From a bacterium (GTDB lineage Archaea; Thermoplasmatota; E2; JACPAO01; JAHFTW01): DNA of 64,000 nucleotides. The notes below the pieces were generated by a model. The model was not told where the DNA came from. It saw only the letters and a program-made list of their open reading frames with translations, and searched no databases. The position numbers were made by a program, and so were the translations under genes. The DNA lies in assembly GCA_040390065.1 (NCBI GenBank), contig JAZJZE010000009.1:96001-160000 (forward strand), written 5' to 3'. Below, one piece after another: positions 57,169 to 64,000 of this stretch. Position 1 is the stretch's first letter; every line of letters starts with the position of its first letter.

Positions 57169-59025
57169 ATGGGTAGCCCTGGTCGCGCCGCCGTGGAGGG
57201 ATGCCCGTGTGGCGGGGAGACGACGCGCACGCGCTTCGGCGCCGCCCTCGTGACGTCCTGCTCCGCGTGCCATCGCCTGACCGTGAGCCCTCTCGTCGAC
57301 CCGCGCATCCCGGGCTTTTCCGAACAGGTCAGGGCGTTGCAGGACGAGGTGCGCGCCGAAGAGGAGGACCAGGAGCGTCGTGGCGTCAAGGCCATCATCG
57401 AGGAAGCCTCGTCGCGGCCCGAGGGGGGCCTCGTGCGTCTGCAGGTGGTCTCGGGCGACCCGCGGGGGCTCTCCCCTGGCGCCCTCGTCGAGGGGTGGCT
57501 GGACGGCGAGGCGGAACCGTGCAATGTGGAGGTCCTGCAACGCGCCGGCACGGTGCTCGAGGCCATCGCCGACGACCGGTCGTGGGGCAACTTGCGCAAG
57601 GGCGCCGGGTTGACGCTGAAGCCCTCCAGCAATGCGACGCTGTACCGCAATCTCCTGAAGGCCTTCCTGGCGGTGAAGCGCCGCCACCAAGCGTACGCCG
57701 AACTCGAGCACGCACAGGGCCTCCCGCGCCTTCCAACGGCTGCGGACCCGGCCATGGACGTGCAAGGTCTGCGCCCTGGCCAGGCGAAGGCGCTGCGTGC
57801 AGCGTGCAACCTCAAGGAGGGCGGCGTGGTCTTGATTCAAGGCCCGCCGGGCACGGGAAAGACCACGGTCATCGCGCGTTTCCTCAAGGAGCAGGCGCGG
57901 CGCGGCCGGACGGTCCTCGTGACAAGTCATACGCACGTCGCCATCGACAACGCCATGCGCAAGGCGCTGCAGGCCGCACCCGCCCTTGCCGCGAAGATGA
58001 TCCGGCTCGGCGACGCAAGCCGCGTCAGTACCGACTTGGCTCACCTGCAGAAACGCGTCAGCCAGTTCCGCATGGACCCCGAGGATCCCGAGGCGAAACC
58101 GCTCTTTGCACGCCTTCAGGAGACGCCCATCGTGGCCATGACGCTCGACGCCTTGGCCGCCGCGGTGCTTGCCTCGGACCTGGACAACCAGGACATCCCG
58201 CCGTTCGACTTCGTCGTCGTGGACGAAGCCGGCATGAACGCTCTGCCGAAGACGGCCATCGCGCACTTCGTGGCCAAGCGCCTCGTCCTCGTCGGGGACC
58301 CGTTGCAGTTGCCACCCATCGTGCGGTCGCGGCGCTTCGGGGCCGACGAGAACCACAAGCGCAGCCACTTCGAGCTCCTGCAGATGCTGCGGCCCGACCT
58401 GTGCGTGCTGCTGGACGAGCAGTTCCGTTGCCAGCCGGACATCTACGAATGGAGCCGCGACGCCATCTACGGGGGCCGCGTCTCGTCCCAGGCAAGCCAG
58501 CGACCCATCCCGGTCGGCAAACTCCTTGGCAAACCCGTCACGTCGCGCATCCTGTGGGTCGACACGTCGGCCGTGCAGGGGAACCGCAGCATCCAAGTCG
58601 GGTCCAGCCGCGCCAACCCGACGCACACGGCTCTCGCCGTCAAGGCCGCGCTGGAACTCATGAAGCAGGGCATCGCTCCCGGCGAGATGGGCTACATCGC
58701 GCCGTTTCGCGCGCAGGCGCAGGCGTTTGCCGATGCCGTGATTGCGGGAAAATCACGCACCGCTGGCTTGGCGCGCATGACGGCGGCGACCGTCGACGCG
58801 TTCCAAGGCAACGAACGCCGCGTCATCCTCTTCGACCTCACGACGCTGCACCCGGCCAAGCCGCATGAGGACCATCGCCGCCTCAACGTCAGCCTGACGC
58901 GGGCGCAGGAACTCTTGGTCATCCTCGGGCCGCGGCCGTTTGTCAAGTCGGCTGCCGAGAACCCGTTCCTGTGGTCGCTGCAGAACTGGAAGGCGCCGCA
59001 GGTCGTGGTTCCGGCTTCGGCGTAG
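57169..59025 (+). CDS. SF1 helicase (DNA2/Upf1-like)
   Basis: QGPPGTGKT, DEAG, VGDPLQLPP, QFR, TVDAFQGNE, RRLNVSLTRA; N-terminal CxC...CxxC. Confidence 0.92.
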   Translation: MGSPGRAAVEGCPCGGETTRTRFGAALVTSCSACHRLTVSPLVDPRIPGFSEQVRALQDEVRAEEEDQERRGVKAIIEEASSRPEGGLVRLQVVSGDPRGLSPGALVEGWLDGEAEPCNVEVLQRAGTVLEAIADDRSWGNLRKGAGLTLKPSSNATLYRNLLKAFLAVKRRHQAYAELEHAQGLPRLPTAADPAMDVQGLRPGQAKALRAACNLKEGGVVLIQGPPGTGKTTVIARFLKEQARRGRTVLVTSHTHVAIDNAMRKALQAAPALAAKMIRLGDASRVSTDLAHLQKRVSQFRMDPEDPEAKPLFARLQETPIVAMTLDALAAAVLASDLDNQDIPPFDFVVVDEAGMNALPKTAIAHFVAKRLVLVGDPLQLPPIVRSRRFGADENHKRSHFELLQMLRPDLCVLLDEQFRCQPDIYEWSRDAIYGGRVSSQASQRPIPVGKLLGKPVTSRILWVDTSAVQGNRSIQVGSSRANPTHTALAVKAALELMKQGIAPGEMGYIAPFRAQAQAFADAVIAGKSRTAGLARMTAATVDAFQGNERRVILFDLTTLHPAKPHEDHRRLNVSLTRAQELLVILGPRPFVKSAAENPFLWSLQNWKAPQVVVPASA

Positions 59026-59030
59026 AACCT

Positions 59031-59624
59031 CTAGACGCAGCCGACCATGACGGGCGCCTGCGGCTGGTTGACGATCGGGTACGCGATGACGCGGGCGTCG
59101 ACGGGCAGCGGGTTGGTAATCTGGACCGAGTACGTCATGGCGGGCTGGAAGCCGCCGTTGTGCCGCAGCGGCTCGATGTCGGTGCCCCCGATCTGGTTGA
59201 CGTTGCCATCGGCCGTCAGGCCGACGACGTAGTCGAGGCCGATGACGAGACCGTACAGACGGGGTTGGTCAATCGGTCCGGCCCACGTCGCCGTGCAGTG
59301 CATCGTCGTGAACGCCGGCACGAGGGGGCCGCAGAGCTCGCCGGGCAGCGGGCCGACGAACGGGATTGGCGGGCATGGCGGCGCGCCGCTTGTGAAGACG
59401 AGGCCCGTCGCCGTGGGGGCGGGTCCCGGGGGGCCAAGAACCGGCGTCACGGTGCACGCAGCGGGGCCGAGCGCGTTCAGGAATGGCGGGATGACCTTCC
59501 AAGGTGTCGGCACCATGGGGCCGGGGTTGGGCAAGGAGCAGCCGGCGGCCGTCGCGGTCGCAGTCGGGGCGACGACGATGAGGCCGAACATCAGGAGGCA
59601 CGCGATCATGGTTGTGGTCTTCAT
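59031..59624 (-). CDS. Secreted Pro/Cys-rich protein
   Basis: Signal peptide; six Cys in the mature part; ends GCV. Confidence 0.7.
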   Translation of the reverse strand: MKTTTMIACLLMFGLIVVAPTATATAAGCSLPNPGPMVPTPWKVIPPFLNALGPAACTVTPVLGPPGPAPTATGLVFTSGAPPCPPIPFVGPLPGELCGPLVPAFTTMHCTATWAGPIDQPRLYGLVIGLDYVVGLTADGNVNQIGGTDIEPLRHNGGFQPAMTYSVQITNPLPVDARVIAYPIVNQPQAPVMVGCV

Positions 59625-59706
59625 GCGGGTCACTGGCTGGCAGGCGCCAACCGCCGGCCAATCCCCCTCGACGACTTAGGCTTCGCCGGGATTTGCGGGA
59701 AATCAG

Positions 59707-60279
59707 CTAGGCCGTGGGCCGGGCCCCGAATGCGTCGAGCGCCGCCTGGACGATGCGCGTCAGGTACACGTTCGTCTCCGGCACGTCCCAGAACGGGATG
59801 CGTTCCTTCAACTCCTCGATGGCCGCGATGTAGAGTGCATAGATGTCGGCGTTGCGCACCTTCGTGTACGGCACAGGCGCCCCAAGGCGTTCGAGTGCGG
59901 CGCACGACGCCCTGGTGTAGATGGGATACGCGTGGTGGAAGAAATGCAGGTAGTGGCTCAAGATGCGAAGGTCGAGGCCGGCGACCGAGCGCAGGTCCGA
60001 GATCGGCGACGTGTCGGGATAGCGCAAGCCGTCGAGCATGGCGATGGCCTCGGTGCGCGACCCCACGGTCCAGGCGGGATGCGGCAGCCCGAAGGCGTCG
60101 TCGATGGCGTCCGTCGTCGACTCGGACAACGGGTGCTCGACCGTGTAGAGGAGGCGCTGGTACGGCTCGTTGACGCGGCGTTGGGCCTCGGCGTAGTTGT
60201 GCGGGACGACGGCGAAGAAGTCGCGCAGGGCCGTTGCGTCGAATGCGAAGAGGGAGGCGCCCGCCGCTGGTCCGGTCAT
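59707..60279 (-). CDS. Hypothetical protein, possible HhH-like helical fold
   Basis: ATG overlaps the boxB-like stop; S.YLHF...YPIY...AL..LG...Y..Y pattern. Confidence 0.65.
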   Translation of the reverse strand: MTGPAAGASLFAFDATALRDFFAVVPHNYAEAQRRVNEPYQRLLYTVEHPLSESTTDAIDDAFGLPHPAWTVGSRTEAIAMLDGLRYPDTSPISDLRSVAGLDLRILSHYLHFFHHAYPIYTRASCAALERLGAPVPYTKVRNADIYALYIAAIEELKERIPFWDVPETNVYLTRIVQAALDAFGARPTA

Positions 60280-61397
60280 GCCGCCTTCGCCGCGATCCAT
60301 TCCTGCTTGAAGCACTCGGCCAGCACGGCGTCGTCCTCCTTGAGCGGCAACTGTGCGGCGAGGTAGTCCGCGTAGGCGCCCTTGCCCTTCCAGGGCTGGC
60401 CGTCAATCGTGACTTCGGCGCCGACGTCGGGGCCGATGGCGCGGTGGAAATTCGCGACGGGCACGACGAGGCGCGCGGCGCCGTCCGGCAGGGACTTGTT
60501 GATGATGTCGACCTCGCGCACGATTTCCTGGCGGTACAGTTCGCGCGCCATCTGGTTGAGGAGATTCTTGTCGGGGACGTCCTGGTGGTCCGCCTCGTCG
60601 TAGCGGCCCTTCAAGCCCCACACGTACGCCCACTCGGAACTCGTGCTGCCGTCCTTGCCGAAGAGGTCGTACGCCGTCGGGATCCAGCGGTTGAAGCTGC
60701 GCTGCAGGACGGGGATGGGGACGACGCCGGACTTGACGATGCGGCGGAGTCCGTTGGAGCCCGTTCCGAGGTGGAAGGCCTCCTCCTTCAGCATCGGGCC
60801 CATGGACGCGGCCAGCGGCTTGAAGGCGGAGGTGGAGAGCATCTTGAGTTGGAACTTGCCGTCGCGGTCGACGAACATGGTGAAGACGAAGAAGTCCAGC
60901 CAGTTCTTGGTGGGCTCGTTGAATGAACCGAGCAGACGCGTCTGTTCGTTGGCGTCGCGCTGCAGCAACTTCTGGGCTTCGCGGGCGCCTTGTTCGCCGA
61001 AGTGCTCGACGAGCAGGTGGCACATCTGCCAGCCGTGGCGTTGCTCCTCGGCCATGATGCGCAATGCAGATTTCCTGTCGTACTCGGTCGGCGCCGAAGC
61101 GAGGAGGTGGCGCTGCTGTTCGACGGACGCGAACTCCGTGTCGCCTTGGACCGTGATGAGGTGCAGGAGCGCGTCGCGGATGTTCTGGTGCGGGATCTGC
61201 AATGGGCGCTCCCACTTCGGGCGGCCCTTGTAGTCGCCGAACTCGATGGCCGGATTCACGTTCTCGTAGTCGTACTTGGCCTCGAACTTGTAGTCGCCAA
61301 GCCACGCCGTGTCGAAGCCGACCTTCCTCTGCCAGTCCCCGAACTGCGCGACCCAGCCGTCGAAGTTGGCAGGCGGCGCTTGGGCGGTCCGTGTCAT
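60276..61397 (-). CDS. BoxB-like di-iron aryl-CoA epoxidase subunit (PaaA/BoxB family)
   Basis: QGDTEFASVEQQRHL, EEQRH, F.DRDGKFQL, EEAFH. Confidence 0.85.
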   Translation of the reverse strand: MTRTAQAPPANFDGWVAQFGDWQRKVGFDTAWLGDYKFEAKYDYENVNPAIEFGDYKGRPKWERPLQIPHQNIRDALLHLITVQGDTEFASVEQQRHLLASAPTEYDRKSALRIMAEEQRHGWQMCHLLVEHFGEQGAREAQKLLQRDANEQTRLLGSFNEPTKNWLDFFVFTMFVDRDGKFQLKMLSTSAFKPLAASMGPMLKEEAFHLGTGSNGLRRIVKSGVVPIPVLQRSFNRWIPTAYDLFGKDGSTSSEWAYVWGLKGRYDEADHQDVPDKNLLNQMARELYRQEIVREVDIINKSLPDGAARLVVPVANFHRAIGPDVGAEVTIDGQPWKGKGAYADYLAAQLPLKEDDAVLAECFKQEWIAAKAA

Positions 61398-61468
61398 CGG
61401 ATGATGGTTAGGTGTTGGCGGATATGAGGAGAGCGGTGGGACACTTCCTGGACTGGATGGGCTGGCTA

Positions 61469-61519
61469 AGTGTGGGCGGCCTAGGATTTCGGGGATTAAG
61501 CGGCGATGCTTGGGACTTG
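61469..61519. repeat. Left arm of the palindromic element
   Basis: Homologous to 6557-6606; reverse complement of 62340-62386. Confidence 0.85.
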
Positions 61520-61581
61520 TCCCCGAACGAATGATTGGGACGGCCACGAGATGCCCCTGTTGAACTGGCTGCGTTGGTGCA

Positions 61582-62190
61582 TTAGGATTGGGACAACTTC
61601 TGGCGACCGGCGGCGACCCACCAGCCTGCCAGGCCAACGAAGGCGAGGCCTGCGGCCGCGAGTGCGAGGAATAAGACGAACAGTACGCCGTGCGATAACT
61701 CGGGTCCTTGATTGTCGCTTGCTACCGACTCAAACAGTCGAAACGCCCCTACGCCAACGGCCAGTCCGAGCACTTGCAGGGACCAGAATCCACCCGTTTC
61801 GAATACGAGGGCCGCCCATGCCGCAGCACAGACAGTCGCCGCAAGAACGAGTGCCATTATCCCCAGTGCAACCTCAATCCCCGTCTCCAAACCACATAGG
61901 TCGAGAGCCCACCCGCCTTGCGGTTTGCCGCAGTGTTCCGGATGGGTCAACGCCCACCCGAATGAGAAGATGGCAAGAGCGACTAGAAGGGCGGCCTGAA
62001 ACCCGCCAACCCATGCGGCAGCCTTTGCCACCCTCCGATGACCGGCAACCCGCCGCGTGTGCAATGCTGTTCGCACCTCGGCCAACATCCATCCACACGT
62101 CGGGCACGCCAGACCGGTGAATGACCTGGAACAGGTTGCACACCAGGTCCGGGCGCTTGGGGGATGAACCGAGGCCGCTGCACTGCTCAT
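61582..62190 (-). CDS. Zinc-ribbon plus 4-TM hypothetical protein (cargo between inverted arms)
   Basis: CATC...CPTC then hydrophobic helices; lower GC than neighbours by eye. Confidence 0.65.
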   Translation of the reverse strand: MSSAAASVHPPSARTWCATCSRSFTGLACPTCGWMLAEVRTALHTRRVAGHRRVAKAAAWVGGFQAALLVALAIFSFGWALTHPEHCGKPQGGWALDLCGLETGIEVALGIMALVLAATVCAAAWAALVFETGGFWSLQVLGLAVGVGAFRLFESVASDNQGPELSHGVLFVLFLALAAAGLAFVGLAGWWVAAGRQKLSQS

Positions 62191-62339
62191 GGGCCTATAC
62201 CTCACACCAGGAAGCGTCCTCAAGGTTTCGGGGTCGCCGCAAGCCGGGGCCGTAGGCTGCGACTAAGCAGGCCCCCCGCACCCCTTCCTTCCCCTCACTT
62301 TCCAGAAGGCCATGGCTGCGTGCCCCACCGGGCGCGCTC

Positions 62340-62466
62340 CAAGTCCCAACAATCGCCGTTGGCATCCCCGAAATCCCAGGCCGCCCGACGCCTAGGGTTT
62401 CAAACCACTGAACTCACTGAACCCACTGAACGCCGTTTCAGTGAGTTCAGTGGTTTCAGTGGTTCG
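62340..62466. repeat. Right arm plus CACTGAAC 9-mer hairpin
   Basis: AATCGCCGTTGGCATCCCCGAAATCC identical to 6631-6656; 3x CACTGAAC / 3x TTCAGTG. Confidence 0.88.
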
Positions 62467-62487
62467 TCCGTCGTCGGCGTCGGAGGC

Positions 62488-62510
62488 CTAGGCGGCCTTC
62501 GCCATCTTGC
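62488..62510 (-). repeat. Duplicate of the desaturase 3' end
   Basis: CTAGGCGGCCTTCGCCATCTTGC versus CTAGACGGCTTTCGCCATCTTGC at 63109-63131 (21/23). Confidence 0.8.
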
Positions 62511-62583
62511 TCGTCGGTCGCCTTGCAGGCGGTGCCGCCTGACATGAGACGGGCCCTGGGGGACGGCGAAGTCGCCGCGCGAC

Positions 62584-63066
62584 CTACCGCCGGGCCGGGG
62601 GCGGAAGTGGCGGGCGCTGGGTGGCGGGCTGTCCGGGCGGGCGCGGCGTCTTGGCCGCGTTCTGCAGCGTCGCTGTCGGACGGGCGACCGGGGCGCGACC
62701 CCGTGTTTGTGCCGCCGGCTGCGTGGCTGCAAGCGGACCGCCTGGCATGCGTTGCAGGACGGCCGTCAGGTGCGCAGACAGGTCACGCGAGATGGTCGAG
62801 ATGGAGAGGCCGTACAGGGCGCCGCCGATTGCGCCGAAGGCCATGAAGGGCATCGCCCATGGAGCGGGTTGGGCCGTGACGGTGATTCGCGTGTCGTTCT
62901 TCTTGGCGCGGGCCTTGACGAAGACGTTGACGCGGGCCTTGCCATCACGGACCTTGAGCATGCGTTTTCCCTGGGCCTCCACGACGGCGCTCGCCGGCAG
63001 GGAGCCGCGCACGACGGCCGCCACGGCGGCGAGGTTAGCTAGACCGCGGACGAAGAACTTGGCCAC
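62584..63066 (-). CDS. Hypothetical basic protein with a hydrophobic segment (cargo)
   Basis: GTG start with a CCTTAT box about 27 nt upstream; host-like codons. Confidence 0.65.
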   Translation of the reverse strand: MAKFFVRGLANLAAVAAVVRGSLPASAVVEAQGKRMLKVRDGKARVNVFVKARAKKNDTRITVTAQPAPWAMPFMAFGAIGGALYGLSISTISRDLSAHLTAVLQRMPGGPLAATQPAAQTRGRAPVARPTATLQNAAKTPRPPGQPATQRPPLPPPARR

Positions 63067-63108
63067 GGTGGCCCTGACCCCCGCGTTGCAATAAGGGTTC
63101 CTTCCGGT

Positions 63109-64000
63109 CTAGACGGCTTTCGCCATCTTGCGCGCCTTGGCCTTGACGGCCCGCTTCTCGGCGCGCTCTTGCCTCGTCGGCATGTGGATCTTCTTGATCT
63201 GGCCGAGGGCCTGCAGGACGCGGATGGTGTACTTGCCGATGTCCACCTGGTACCAGCGCATGCCGATGAAGGCGGCGCGCGGGAAGGCATGGTGGTTGTT
63301 GTGCCAGCCCTCGCCCCAGCCGAGGAGGGCGACGGCGAAGTTGTTGGTGGCCTTGTCGTTGATGGCGAAGGGGCGCGTGCCGAACATGTGGCCGAGGGAG
63401 TTGACGCTCCACGTGATGTGGTGGCCGAGGAAGACGCGCACCAGACCGCCCCACAGGAAGCCGTCGGCGAAGCCCCAGAGGCCCCAGAGGGTGAATTGGG
63501 CGTGGCCGATGACGAGCCAGCCGATGAATCCCGGAATCAGGAGGCCGAGGGTGGCCCAGAGGACCCAGGTCTTGCTGACGAAGCGCGTCACGGGGTCGGC
63601 CATGAGTTTGTCGTGGGCGAGGCCGTTGCGGACGAAGCGGTCGCGCAGGAGCCAACCGAAGTGCGCGTGCCAGAAGCCTTCGAGGGGGCTGTGGGGGTCG
63701 CCTTCGCGGTCGGCTTTGGCGTGGTGGCGGATGTGGGTCGCGGCCCAGTCGGCGCACGGGCCCTGCATGGACATCGTGCCGGCAACGAGGAGCGCGAACT
63801 TCGTGGGGGCGCGGACGTCGACGGAGCGGTGGGTGAGCATGCGGTGGAAGCCGACGGAGATACCGAGGCCAGTGATGGTCCACATCGCCGCGAGGATGGT
63901 GAGCTCGAAGACGCCGACGTGGATGCCCCAGAACGACCACACGGCGAAGCCGAAGGCCAGCAGGGGGAGGATGACGAACGTCAGGACCAGGAGCTTGTTC
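63109..64000 (-). CDS. Acyl-CoA delta-9-type fatty acid desaturase (5' end outside window)
   Basis: His boxes HRMLTH, HIRHH, WHNNHH; DPHSP; frame is open to the window edge. Confidence 0.93.
   Translation of the reverse strand, partial: NKLLVLTFVILPLLAFGFAVWSFWGIHVGVFELTILAAMWTITGLGISVGFHRMLTHRSVDVRAPTKFALLVAGTMSMQGPCADWAATHIRHHAKADREGDPHSPLEGFWHAHFGWLLRDRFVRNGLAHDKLMADPVTRFVSKTWVLWATLGLLIPGFIGWLVIGHAQFTLWGLWGFADGFLWGGLVRVFLGHHITWSVNSLGHMFGTRPFAINDKATNNFAVALLGWGEGWHNNHHAFPRAAFIGMRWYQVDIGKYTIRVLQALGQIKKIHMPTRQERAEKRAVKAKARKMAKAV

Noticed and set aside
1079-58626. Many long overlapping or antisense ORFs (for example 1079-3301, 3252-5297, 53049-55163, 56080-58626)
   Set aside because: These are shadow frames of high-GC genes, with Arg/Gly/Pro-rich or antisense-typical composition and no recognisable motifs.
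57169-59025. Helicase as part of a known anti-phage system
   Set aside because: No adjacent nuclease or effector domain is recognisable.

Overview
GC-rich chromosomal segment of an archaeon, most plausibly a Thermoplasmatota-type aerobic heterotroph. This assignment is inferred from archaeal/eukaryotic-type GlyRS, ProRS and MetRS, a tRNA-Gly without encoded CCA, TATA-like boxes about 25-35 nt before start codons, and an 11-subunit complex I-like operon (nuoABCDHIJKLMN, no nuoEFG). The backbone carries trxB, metG, the complex I operon with a divergent MidA/NDUFAF7-like methyltransferase, topA, glpK, glyS, proS, a loose cluster of acyl-CoA/aromatic-degradation enzymes including a BoxB-like di-iron epoxidase, and a fatty-acyl desaturase. 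The most striking feature is non-genic. At four places (tRNA-Gly, proS, an enoyl-CoA hydratase, the desaturase) the extreme 3' end of the gene is duplicated downstream. At the three protein genes the two copies enclose one orphan cargo gene, and no integrase or transposase is present in the window. Families of palindromic intergenic elements are interleaved with these sites: an arm pair that is empty at 6.6 kb and holds a gene at 61.5-62.4 kb, 9-bp-periodic hairpins bounded by CTAG, and a ~100-bp structured repeat. There is also a candidate ~140-nt ncRNA next to proS and three small ORFs below the ORF-track cutoff. All calls come from reading motifs by eye; no database searches were run.
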